A DNA stretch of 64,000 bases, from the NCBI RefSeq assembly GCF_030028105.1, contig NC_092384.1, positions 42,911,553-42,975,552 of the forward strand, given 5' to 3'. Position numbers and translations under genes: made by a program. Positions 42,850 through 55,665 of this stretch are shown here, piece after piece (the stretch's first letter is position 1; each line of letters opens with the position of its first letter). The DNA is from Mobula birostris. Its lineage: Eukaryota. The notes under the pieces were generated by a model. It had not been told where the DNA came from. It did no database searches and worked only from the letters and a program-made list of their open reading frames with translations.

Positions 42850-44690
42850 AAGACAGTGGAGAAGTGTGTATGGAACCGGAGGAGATAGCAGAGGTACTTA
42901 ATGAGTACTTTGCTTCAGTATTCACTATGGAAAAGGATCTTGGTGATTGTACTTACAGCGGACTGAAAAGTTTGAGTATGTAGATATAAAGAAAGACGAT
43001 GTGCTGGAGCTTTTGGAAAGCATCAAGTTGGATAAGTCATCGGGACCGGACAAGATGTACCCCAGGCTACTGTGGGAGGTGAGGGAAGAGATTGCTGAGC
43101 CTCTGGCGATGATCTTTGCATCATCAATGGGGATGGGAGATGTTCCGGAGGATTGGAAGGTTGCAGATGTTGTTCCTTTATTCAAGAAAGGGAGTAGAGA
43201 TAGCCCAGGAAATTATAGACCAGTGAGTGTTACTTCAGTGGTTGGTAAATTGATGGAGAAGATCCTTAGAGGCAGGATTTATGAACATTTGGAGAGACAT
43301 AATATGATTCGGAATAGTCAGCATAGCTTTGTGAAAGGCAGGTCGTGCCTTGTGAGCCTGATTGAATTTTTTGAGGATGTGACTAAACACATTGATGTAG
43401 GAAGAGCAGTACATGGATTTCAGCAAGGCATTTGATAAGATACCCCATGCAAGGCTTATTGAGAAAGTAAGGAGGCATGGGATCCAAGGGGACATTGCTT
43501 TGTGGATCCAGAACTGGCTCGCCCAGAGAAGGCAAAGAGTGGTTGTAGACAGATCATATTCTGCATGGAGGTCAGTCACCAGTGGTGTGCCTCAGGGATC
43601 TGTTCTGGGACCCCTACTCTGTGGTTTTTATAATGACCTGGGTGAAGAAGTGGTGGGATGGGTTAGTAAATTTGCTGATGACACAAAGGTTGGGGGTGTT
43701 GTGGATAGTGTGGAGGGCTGTCAGAGGTTACAGCGAGACATTGACAGGATGCAAAACTGGGCTGAGAAGTGGCAGATGGAGTTCAACCCAGATAATTGTG
43801 AAGTGGTACATTTTGGTATGTCAAATATGATGACAGAATATAGTATTAATGGTAAGACTTGGCAGTGTGGAGGATCAGAGGGATCTTGGGGTCTGAGTCC
43901 ATAGGACACTCAAAGCTGCTGCGCAGGTTGACTCTGTGGTTAAGGTGGCATACGGTGCATTGACCTTCATCAATCGTGGGATTGAGTTTAGGAGCTGAGA
44001 AGTAATGTTGCAGCTATATAGGACTCTGGTCATACCCCACTTGGAGTACTGTGCTCAGTTCTGTTCGCCTCACTATAGGAAGGATGTGGAAACGTTAGAA
44101 AGGGGGCAGAGGAGGTTTACAAGGATGTTGCCTGGATTGGGAAGCATTCCTTATGAGAATAGTTTGAGTGAACTCGGCCTTTTTCCTTGGAGCGACGGAG
44201 GATGAGAGGTGACCTGATAGAGATAAGATGATGAGAGGCATTGATCGTGTGGATAATCAGAGGCTTTTTCCCAGACCTGAAATGGCTAGCACGAGAGGGC
44301 AACACCATCAAAGTTGCTGGTGAACGCAGCAGGCCAAGCAGCATCTGTAGGAAGAGGTGCAGTCGACGTTTCAGGCCGAGACCCTTCGTCAGCACGAGAG
44401 GGCACAGTTTTAAGGTGCTTGGAAGTAGGTACAGAGGAGATGTCAGGGGTAAGATTTTTACGCAGGGAGTGGTGAATGTGTGGAATGGGCTGCTGGTGAC
44501 AGTGGTGGAGGTGGATACGATAGGGTCTTTTAAGAGATTCCTGGACAGGTATATGGAGCTCAGAAAAGTAGAGGGCTATGGGCAGCCGTAGGTAATTTCT
44601 CAGATAAGGACTTGCTCGGCACTGCTTTGTAGGCTGAAGGGCCGATATTGTGCTGTAGGTTTTCTATGTTTCTATGTTTTCTATGTTAAG
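42850..44690 (+). mobile_element. CR1 LINE, 5'-truncated
   Basis: ORFs 42947-43904 and 44005-44591. ttctatg tail at about 44665-44686. Confidence 0.92.
44302..44390 (-). mobile_element. 89-bp Penelope-like 3'-end insertion in CR1
   Basis: 14-bp direct repeat AGCACGAGAGGGCA at 44288-44301 and 44391-44404. Confidence 0.85.
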
Positions 44691-46589
44691 CTCAGTCTGT
44701 CCTCCAAGGTTTAATGATAACAATGCTAAGACTTTGTAGCTCATCTCCTTCTATATGAAACAGCCCTAATGTGGTCTCTTACATTGTGATCTCTGCAAAA
44801 TCTTTTATAGAACATTGTCAGGCAATGTTAAGACCTCTTGAGTTCCGGTTGATTCTTTTCTCTAATGGCTTCTAGCTAACGTCTTCAATAAATTCTCCCA
44901 TGATCACTTTCATTGATAATTTCTTGAGTATTTTTGTTTGCATTTCTTTTTAACTTTCATTGATCAAATTGGCATTGTTAAAATAAATAAATCTCTCACT
45001 GATGTAAATATTCTGACTATTCTCCCCAGTACTGTGATCTACTGTATTTCAATTTCTAAAAAAAGATATCTGTTATCTTTAGTGCTATTTTAATCACTTT
45101 ATTTATCTGTGTGAATTTTTTTATCTTAATATATTTTTGTCTTTTTCTGTCCCTTAGTCTGAGAACTTGAAAACGAGCTCTTCGTATACCCAAGCATCCA
45201 AATTTTTCAAGATATGTGTTCTTTTTGTAAAATACATATCATGACTTTGATTATAATTTTAGCTTCTGAAATCGTTATGCAGGTTTCAATGTGTCACCAC
45301 TATGGCTATTGAAGCATTTGACCATCTGTTATTTAAGTTTCCTCAGGAAATGTTTTTTAAATTTGCATGCCTAAGTATTGAAAAGAAGTCAAATATGCAG
45401 GTCAGCTGCTTGGCCTTATTTACTAAACTGGGTGTTACTGTCTGAATTTTACTGTTAAAATGCTGTTTGTTGGGGGTACAAATAAAGGTTTTTTAACCTT
45501 ACCCAACCTTCTTGAGTTCATGTTTCCCTCTTTCAGAGAAAACTATGTATGTGTTCCCGTGCTAAAGATCTAATGCAACCAATTCACTTGAGCAACCTTA
45601 CAACCAAAGTAAGTAAGACCTGCTTGCGGGCTTTGGATTTCGTAGTAGTGAGAGTGGAGACATCATTTCTGCAGTGAAACGTTTGAAAGGTTTTGCAATG
45701 AAGGAAACATTGGAGGAAATAAAAGCGGAAGATGGCTTTTTCAAAGTTGCATGAATGATTATCATTCTATTTAGGTTATTCATCTTTACCTTACATAAGT
45801 CCTTTTTTGTTCAGCAATCTGCCTGTTTTATAATTTGTCTAACGCTTGTTATAGAGCTGATTTAATAATCCTGGCAGAAGATCAGTTGCAGTCAGTAAAA
45901 AACTCAAACTTATAGAACCAAGATCCTGATTATCTAATAGATCTTACAGCATTGCAGGTTTCTTGTATTGTAAAATACAAACAGGAGGGGAAAAGTGTAT
46001 GGCTTATTTTTAAAAAATCCAGCTTTGCATTTCCTTCCTTCCTTCCTGAGTACACTTGTGTTAACAGAAACGCAGCAAAACAAACATTTCTCAACCAACC
46101 TTTCTGCTGTCTGCAATAGTGTGAAGGCTGATTGCAGGAACAAGCAGAATATTTTCATCACAAAACAGGTACGTGTTTCTTTTTAAACATTTCATTCAAA
46201 TTTAAGTATTGCTGAAATTAGTCAGCTTAGTATTTCATATTAGTACTGGGCTAGACTCACACAGATCAAATGCCTGGTTTGCAGCACCTTGAGCCCTGGG
46301 AATGTTCCTCTCTGGCATATTAAATTGATTTGAAACGGAAATAGCCCTGGTGCTTTACAAGTAACTGTGGCCTTTCAGGCAAGGCTGCAATGGGGAAATA
46401 AAAAATCCAATTCTTTTGCACTTCACGTAAGTGAAAATAATCTTTAGGGTGAGGCAAATTAAGATGGATAAATCCACAGGGCCTAACAAAGTGCCCTTTG
46501 GGCCTCATGCATTAATTGCAAGGGGCCTGGCAGGGGTACTTAAAACATTTTAAGCACGGGTGAGGTGCCGGAGCACTGGAGGATATTTA

Positions 46590-47900
46590 AAGTTGTTTCA
46601 CTGTTTTATAAAAGACTCTTAAGAATCAGGTGGGAAATTATATAGTGGTGAGCCTGATGTCAGTAGTGGGTAAATTAGTGAAAGGCATTCTAAGTGACTA
46701 CATATATAAGTATTTGGATAGATAGGTTCTGATTAGGGATAATTAACATGGCTTTGTGTGTGGTAGTTTTTCTGAGAAGGTTTCCAGGAAAGTTTATGAC
46801 GACAAGGCATGGACTTTAGCAAGGCTTTGACAAGGTCCTTAATGGGAGGCTGATCAAGAAGGTTCAGTCGCTTGGCATTGAGGATGACATAGTAAATCGA
46901 ATTCAAGATTGACTTTGCGGGAGTAGCCAGAGACTGGTAGTAGATGGTTGACTCTCTGACTGGAGGCTTGTGACTAGTGGTGTGCCACAGGGATCGGTGC
47001 TGGGGCCCTTTGTTGTTTGTCACCTATAGCAATGATCTGGTTGGTAACGTAGTAAACTAGATCAGCAAATTTGCGGATTACACCAAGGTTGCTGGTGTAG
47101 TGGACAGCGAGAAAGGTTGCCATAGCTTGCAGCAGAATCTGGACCAGCTGGAAAAATGGTCTGAAAAAACTGCAGATGGAATTTAATGCAGACAAGTGTG
47201 AGGCGTTGCACTTCGGCAGGTCAGGGCAAGCCAGGGTAGGACTTAGTGAACAGCAGGGCACTGAAGAGTGTGGTAACAGAGGGATCTGGGGATACAGTTC
47301 CATAATTCCTTGAAAACGGTGTCACAGGTAGGTAGTGTTGTATAGAGAGCTTTTGACATAAAAACGGAGTATTCAGTATGGCAGTTGGAATGTCTCGTTG
47401 AAGTTGTATGGCCAATATGGAGTATCGGGTCACCTAACTACAAGAAAAATATCGGTAAGGTTGAAAGAGTAGAGAAAATTTCCAAGGATGTTGTTGGGAC
47501 CTAAGTTGCAGGGGAAGATTGAATATGTTACGATATTTTTTTTCCTGGAAAACGAGGGGAAACTTGATAGAGGTATGCAAAATGATGAGAGGTATAGGTA
47601 GGATAAATGCACACAAGCTTTTTTTTTACTGAAGTTGGGTGAGACTAGAACTAGAAGTAATAGGTTAAGGGTGAAAGGTGAAATATTTAAGGGGAACCTG
47701 AGGGACAGTTTCTTCACTCAGAGGGTTGTGTTGCCAACAGAAATGGTGTGGTGGACACAGGTTTACTTGCAACATTAAAGAGAAGTTTGGTTAAGTATGA
47801 GGGCTGCGGTTTGACATGACGAGGCAGAATAATAATTTGGCATGGACTATATAGACCGAAAGGCCTGTTTCTGTGCTGTAGTGCTCTATGACTCTATGAC
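46590..47900 (+). mobile_element. Degraded CR1 LINE
   Basis: DFSKAFDKV- and [11 protein letters not shown]-coding sequence. ctatgact tail. Confidence 0.85.
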
Positions 47901-48960
47901 TAGTAAGCACTCAGTAAGAAATGGTTTGGTTTGCTTTCATACCTAACAATGTAGGGCTGGGACAATATTTGGACAAACTTCGCGATTAGAGATTATTTCA
48001 GAGAATGTATTATTTGTTCATGCAACAATTAAAAGAGTAAAATTGATATTCATTTAGATGTGATGGGACATATTCTCTTTGAGTGTTGAATTTCATAGTA
48101 AATATTCTTGTTTAGACTTCCTTCTACACCCTTGTTGCACAATAATGTACTGGATGTCAGGGCTTTTAAGAATGTCGCAAGGCAATCCAATCATCAGAGA
48201 CTGTCGTCAATGATGGAAACAACCATTTATCCCCTGAACAAATGAGACTAATGAGTGCGAAAGGAGAGGAATGGCAAGGAGCCAACTGCTATGGCAACTC
48301 TATGTTCTGTGACAGCGAAAAATGATTGAAACCAGGTGCAGAAGTAGGGAGAATTAAATGCAACACACACGAAATGCTGGAGGAACTCAGCAGGTCGGGC
48401 TGCATCTATGGAAATAAAGAGTTGATGCTTTGGGCAGAGAGCATTCCTCAAAACTGGAAAGGAAGGGGAGAAGCAAGAATAAGAAGGTGGGGAGATGGAG
48501 GAAAAACAATAAAAGCTAGAAGGAGATAAATGAAGCCAGGTACAATAGATGCCCACTCCCACCCCACAACAGATTTGCAGTAGTAAACATGAGAAATTCT
48601 GCAGATGCTGGAAATCCAAACAGAATCGCACACAAAATGCTGGAGGATCTCAGCAGGTCTAGCTTGTACTCTTCCCCCCACCCCCACCTTCTGATTCTGG
48701 CTTCTTCCCCCTTCCCTTCCAGTTCTGATGAACCATCTCGGCCCGAAACATTGACTGTTTATCCATTGCCATAGATGCTGCCTGACCAGCTGGGTACTGC
48801 TGAATGAGATTCACTTTCTTGCAGGCGTTTTCAGGAAAATAAGGAAATGCAATAGAATTTACGAAAAACTATAAATAAAAAACACTGAAAACAACCAATG
48901 TGCAAAAGAAGATTAGTCATGCAATAATAAAAAAAAGGTAAATCGATAATACTGAGAACA

Positions 48961-50385
48961 GTCAGCTTTAATTTTATTAGAAGCATCAGGACATAAATTC
49001 ATAATTATATTATATATAATTGCTACTACACTTTTCTGAGAGAGATTTAAATCTAAGATTTTTTCCAAAATGTCCATTGGATATGGGTGTGGAAAATTAG
49101 GGGAAACAGTAATTAAAAAGTTTCTAATCTGTAAATATCTAAAAAAGTGAGATCTAGGTAAATTATATTTATTAGAGAGTTGATCAAAAGACATAAAACA
49201 ATTATCCAAAACTAAATCGCGAAAAGATACTATACCTTTGGTTTTCCAATCAAAGTAAGCTTGATCCATCGTGGAAGGTTGAAAAAGAAAATTTGATATA
49301 ATGGGACTTGCTAGAATAAATTGATTAAACCCAAAAAATCTTCGGAATTGAAACCATATACGTAAAGTATGCTTAACTATTGGGTTATTCATTTGTTTAT
49401 ATAATTTAAAAGAAGTAAAAGGAAGTGAAGTTCCTAAAACCGAACCCAAGGAGAACTTGAGATTAATATACCGACTGAGAAATGGGAAAAAATTCTTCAG
49501 TTGGTGAATTCATCCTCTGTATGTGCTAAGCATATGCTGATACAGTTTAAAGTAGTGCACAGGGCTCATATGTCCAAAGATAAACTATCTCGTTATTACT
49601 CTTATATTAATCCAATATGTGGCAGATGTCATTCTGAGGTAGCTTCTTTAACCCACATGTTTTGGTCATGTCCCTTGTTGGAGAAATATTGGAAAGATAT
49701 TTTTGATATTATTTCAACGGTCCTAAACATAGACTTACAACCTCATCCAATTACTGCTATCTTTGGACTACCAATGATAGATTTAAATAATTTAACCTCT
49801 TCATCATGAAGGATGATTGCATTTCTTACTTTAATGGCTAGAAGGTCCATTTTGTTGAATTGGAAAGAGATTAACCCTCCTAAGGTATTTCATTGGTGTT
49901 CACAAATTATGGTGTGTTTGAATTTGGAGAAAATTAGAAGTGCAGTTTATGACCCTTCCATTAAGTTTGAAAAAACTTGGAGGCCATTCATTCAGCATTT
50001 TCACTTGATGTAATTTGATCATTTCCAAACTTGTTTGATCTCTCTGTACTGTTGTTGACTCGTCGACGCTGAGGTTTTCTTCTTTTCCATTTTTAAGTTG
50101 TTAGTTTTGCCCAAGTCTTTTAGTTTAGTTGATTAATTCTGTTTTTCTTTGGGGATGGGGTTTTTTTTTTGATTTTGTTTTTTTTTTCTTTTTCATGATT
50201 TTTTTCAGTTTTTTTTTGATTTGTATTACCCGTTGTCAGTCCTACATGATTGGGAGCTTTGTTAACTTACACTATTTGATTTTACAATTACTTTTCCTAA
50301 GTGTAACAATATTTCTCCTACTATTTGTATTATTGCTATGTTTTGTTTCTATACTTGGAAATTAATAAAAAGATTGAAAAAGAAA
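48961..50385 (+). mobile_element. L1-clade LINE 3' fragment with 5' inversion
   Basis: ORF2 C-terminus with CGRC..HMFWSC on plus (about 49450-50013). The preceding ORF2 segment is on minus (48961-49449). A-rich end. 16-bp TSD GATAATACTGAGAACA at 48945-48960 and 50386-50401. Confidence 0.85.
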
Positions 50386-51334
50386 GATAATACTGAGAAC
50401 AAGAGTTGAAGAATCCTTGAAAGTGACTCGATGGGTTGTGGAGGCAGATCAGTTCAGCGAGGTGGTTGTAGGGTAATAACTGTTCCTGGATTTGGTGGTG
50501 TGGGGCCTAAGGCTTCTGTAGCTCCTGCCCAATGGAAGCAGTGAGAAGAGAACATGGCTTGGACGATAGGTGTCATTGATGATGGATGCTGCTCTCTTGT
50601 AGCAGCACTCTACAAGGTGTGCTCAAAGAATGGGGGGAGGCGTTTCTTGTGATGGACTGGTCTGTATCCATTACTTTTGTAGAATTTTCCATTCCTTGGC
50701 TTTGGTGCTTTCATATGAGGCGATGATGCGACCAGTCAGGACACTCTCCACTGTGACTACATAGAGAATTGTCAATGTTTTAGATGACATGCCTAACCTG
50801 CACAAACTTTGAAAAAATTGATCCGTCTGTGCACGGTCTATATCCCTCCACTGCCTGCTTTTACTTGTTTCTACCTTATGCCTCTTAAATCTGTTATAAC
50901 CTAAGAATGATCTCTCCTTCTATCCTAGAGCCACTGAGGCTGAGCTATTGCGAATAGTTGGTATTTCAATGAACATTATGATTATGATTATGAGGACACA
51001 CAGTCCCCTTTTATTGTCATTTAGTAACGCATGCATTAAGAAATGATAAAATGTTTTCCAGAATGATATCACGAAAACATATGACAAACCGACTTAAAAA
51101 CCAACAAAAACCACATAATTATAACATATAACATTAAGAATGAAGAATAGAAAATTCTTGGTCTGTCTATCTTAGTTTCATAATATCCAGTGCAGTCACA
51201 TAAACTGCAACTAGGCATGTGGAGCTGAAAGTAAATATGCCTAGTACTAAATCTAACAACGGACCTTCCCTAAAGTCATCAACTGCAGAACTATTGTTGG
51301 TTAAAATGACTTGTAACAAATATTCATTTCTTTC

Positions 51335-51810
51335 CACTCAGTGGCAATTTTATTCAGTACAGGAGTGGAACCTGGTGTGGTCATTTGCTGTTGTTGCCCA
51401 TCCACTTAAATGTTTGACATGTTGTGCATTCAGGGATGCTTTACTGCACACCACTGTTGTAGCGCCTGGTTATCTGAGTTACTCTCGCTTTCCTGTCAAA
51501 TTGAACTAGTCTGGCCATACTCCTCTGACCCCTCTCATTAACAAGGTGTTTTTGTCCACAGAACTGCCACTCACAGGATAATTGTTTTGTCTTTTGCACC
51601 GATCTCTGTAGACTCTAGAGACTGTTGTGCATGAAAATCCCAGGAGATTAGTGATTCCGAGATACACAAACCACCCCGTCTGGCACCAACGATCATTCCA
51701 CAGTGACAGTCACTTAGATCATATTTCTTTCACATTCTGACATCTGTTGACTATGTTTGCATGCTCTTATGCATTGAGTTGCTGCTCCATAATAAAGCAG
51801 CTACTGAGTG
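51335..51810 (-). mobile_element. Second deleted Tc1-like copy, same family as 38428-38934
   Basis: Ends CACTCAGTGGC ... GCTACTGAGTG. Interior is the reverse complement of the first copy's decayed transposase 5' region. Confidence 0.8.
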
Positions 51811-52026
51811 CATATAAGACCATAAGATTCAGGAGCAGAATTAGGCCATTTGGCCCATTGAGCCTGCTCCACAATTTCACCAGGGCTGACCCATTGCCCT
51901 TTCAACCCCAATCTCCTGCCTTCTCCTCGTATCTCTTCATGTCCTGACTAATCAAGAATATATCAACCTCTGCCTTAACTATACACAACACTTGGCCTCC
52001 ATAGTTCCATGTGGCACAAATTCCAC

Positions 52027-53340
52027 AGATTCACTACTCTCAGCCTACCGGCCAACCTCAACGCTTTGCAATTCGCCTACCGGAGCAACAGGTCAATGGC
52101 AGATGCCATCTCTCTGGCCCTACATTTCTCCTTAGAACACCTGGAGAATAAAGATGCATGCGTAAGGCTCCTTTTCATTGACTAGAGCTCTGCTTTTAAT
52201 GCCATCATTCCAAATAAACTGATTCCTAAGCTCTGGAACCTGGGCCTTAGCACTCAGATCTGCAGTTGAATCTTCAACTTCTTCACAGACAGGACCCAGG
52301 CTGTAAAAATAAGGGACAAGCTCTCCTCTACAATCACTCTGAGCACCGGTGCCCACAAGGCTGTGTACTCAGCCCCCTGCTGTACTCACTGTACACCCAT
52401 GATTGTGTAGCCAAGTTTCCATCGAACTCAACATATAAGTTTGCTGATGACACAACAATTGTAGGCCATATCTCAGGTAATGATGAGTTTGAGTACAGAG
52501 AGGAAATTAAGAACCTGGTGGCATGGTGCGAAGACAATAACCTATCCCTCAACGTCAGCAAGATGAAGGAATTGGTTTTTGACTTCAGAAGGAGTAGCGG
52601 ACCGCACGACCCCATTTACATTGGTGGTGTGCAAGTGGAACAAGTCAAAAGCTTTAAGTTCCTCGGGGTCAATATCACAAATGACCTGACTTGGTCCAAC
52701 CAAGCAGAATCCACTGCCAAGAAGGCCCACCAGCGCCTTTACTTCCTGAGAAAACTAAAGAAATTTGGCCTGTCCCCTAAAACCTTCACTAATTTTTATA
52801 GATGCACCGTAGAAAGCATTCTTCTTGGGTGCACCTCAACCTGGTATGGAAGTTGTCCTGTCCAAATCTGGAAGAAGCTGCAGAAGATTGTGAACATAGC
52901 CCAGCAGATCACACAAACCAATCTTTCCTCCTTGGACTCACTTTACACCACACACTGTCTGAGCAGTGCTGCCAGGATAATCAAGGACACGACCCACCCA
53001 GCCAACACACCTTTTGTCCCTCTTCCCTCCGGGAGAAGGCTCAGGAACTTGAAGACTTGTACGGCCAGATTTGGGAACAGCTTCTTTCCAACCGTGATAA
53101 GACTACTGAACGGATCCTGACCCAGATCTGGGCCGTACCCTCCAAATATCCGGACCTGCCTCTCAGTTTTTTTTCACTACCTTACCTTCCCTTTTCTATT
53201 TTCTATTTATGATTTATAATTTAAATTTTTAATATTTACTATCGATCTGTACTCCAGGGAGCACAAAGCGCAGAATCAAATATTGCTGTGATGATTGTAC
53301 GTTCTAGTATCAATTGTTTGGTGACAATAAAGTAAAGTAA
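52027..53340 (+). mobile_element. Rex1/L2-like LINE RT fragment nested in CR1
   Basis: PQGCVLSPLLYSLYTHDC, KFADDT, FLGVNIT in ORF 52266-53120. (TAAAG)n tail. CR1 sequence lies on both sides. Confidence 0.88.
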
Positions 53341-53344
53341 AAAA

Positions 53345-55665
53345 AATTCCTCCTTCGCTCCATTCTAAATGTCACTCTATTGTGAGGATATGTCCTCTGG
53401 TCTTAGACTTCCCCCATCACGGGAAAAATCCTCTTCATATCCACCCTGTTAGGCCTTTCACCATTCGATAAGTTTCTATGATGTCCCCCCTCGTTCTTCT
53501 GAATTCCAGTGAATACAGGCCCAGAGCCATCAAACACTACACATACGATAAGCCTTTCAATTCCGGAATCATTTTCGTGAACCTCCTTTGAACCCTTTCC
53601 AATATCAGCACATCCTTTCTTAGATAACGGGCCGAAAACTGCTCACAATACTTCCTGAGGCCTAGCCAGTGCTTTATAAAGCAGAAAATTACACCCTTGC
53701 TTTTATATTCTAGTCCTCTCGAAATGAATGCTAACATCACATTTGCCTTCCTCACCACAGACTCACCTGCAAATTAACCTTTAGGGATACTGCATGAGGA
53801 CTCCCAAATCCCTTTGCACCTCAAATTTTTGAATTTTCTCTCCATTTATGAAATAGCCAATGCTTTTATTTCTTCTACCAACGTGTATGACCATACACTC
53901 CTCGACATTGTACTCCATCTGCCACTTCTTTGCCCATTCTCCTAATCTGTCTAAGTCCTTCTGTAGCCTCCCTACTTCCTCAAATCTACTTGCCCCTCCA
54001 CCTTTCTTTGTATCATCAACAAACTTGGCCATAAAGTCATCAATTCTGTCATCCAAATCATTGACATAGAATGTAAAAAGAAGTGGTCCCAACACAGACC
54101 TCTGTGGAACACTACTAGACACCAGCAACCAGTCAGAAAAGACTCCCTTTATTCCCACTCTGCCTCCTGCCCATCAGCCATTGGTCTCTCCATGCTGGTA
54201 TCTTTCCTGTATAACCATGTTAACCTGTATAACCATCTTAACCTGTATAACCATGGGCTCTTAACCTGTTAACATGTGTGGCAGCTTGTAAATCACATTC
54301 TGAAAATGCAAGTACACAACATCCACTGATTCTCCTTTGTCTATGCTGCTTGTTATTTCTTCAAATAATTCCACCAGATTTGTCAGGCAAGAATTTCCCG
54401 TGAGAAATCATGCTGACTATGGCCTATTTTATCATGTGCCACCAAGTGCCCCAAAACCAAATCCTTAACGATCGACTGCAACATCTTCCCAACCTTTGAG
54501 GTCAGGCTAATTGGCCTATAATTACCTTTCTTCTGACTCTCGTACTTCTTGAAGAATGGAGTGACATTTGCAATTTTCCAGTCTTCCAGAACCAAGCCAG
54601 AATCCATTGATTCTTGAAAGGTCATTACTAATGCCTCCACAATCTCTTCAGCTACTTTTTTCAGAACCCTAGGGTGTATAGCATCTGGTTCAGGTAATTT
54701 ATCTACCTTCAGACCTTTCAGTTTGCCAAGCATTTTCTCCCTAGTAATGGCAACTTCAGTCACTTCTGCTCCCTGACATTCTTGAAACTTCTGGCTTACT
54801 GTTAGTATCTTCCATAGTGAAAACTGATGTAAAATACTTATTCAGTTCATCCACCATTTCCTTGTCCCACATTACTACCTTGTAGCATCATTTTCCAGCA
54901 GTCCAGTATCTACTCTTGCCTTTCTTTTACACTTCATATACCTGAAGAAACTTTTGGTATGCTCTTTAATATTACTGGCTAGCTTATCTTTGTATTCCAT
55001 CTCTTCCTTCTGTTGGTTTTTAAGAACTTTCCAATCCTCTAACCCCACTAATTTTTACTCTATTATATGCCCTCTTTAGCTTTTATGTTGACCTTGACTT
55101 CTATTGTCAGCCACGGTTTTGTCATCCTGCCTTTAGAATACTACTTCTTTGGGATGTATCTACCCTGTGTTTCCGAATTGCTCCCAGAAATTCCAGCCAT
55201 TGCTGCTCTACTGTCAGTGTCCCCTTCCAATCAATTCTGTACAGTTCCTCTCTCATGCCTCTGTTATTTCCTTTACTCCCCGTAACGCTGATGCATCTTA
55301 CTTTAGCTGCTCCTTCTCAAATTGCAGGGTGAATTCTATCATATTATAATCACTGTTGCAAAGTGTTCCTTTACTTTGAGCTCTCTATTCAATTCCAGTT
55401 CATGGCACAACATCCAATCCAGAATAACTGATCCTCTAGTGAGCTCAACCACGAGCTGCTCTGAAGAGCCATCTCAAAGGCATCCTATAAATTCCCCCTC
55501 TTGGGATCCAGCACCAAACTGATTTTCCCACTCTACCTGCATATTGAAATCACCCATGACCATCGTAACATTGCCCTTTTGACAAGTATTTTCTATCTCC
55601 TGTTGTAATTTATAGACCACAACCACATCTTTACGACTGTTTGGAGGTCTGTATGTAGTCCCCCA
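53345..55665 (-). mobile_element. CR1 LINE (3' end continues at about 51815-52026)
   Basis: RT and endonuclease-derived ORFs 53537-54763. Confidence 0.88.

Noticed and set aside
44840-45230. AT-rich, purine-skewed stretch that looks like decayed coding sequence on the minus strand
   Set aside because: Multiple stops in all frames and no identifiable motif.
46068-46168. Orphan exon-like segment (..ttaacag| ... AG|GTACGT)
   Set aside because: 101 nt, no recognisable domain, and no partner exons found.
50129-50365. Phe-rich membrane-like ORF
   Set aside because: Poly-T 3'UTR of the L1 element.
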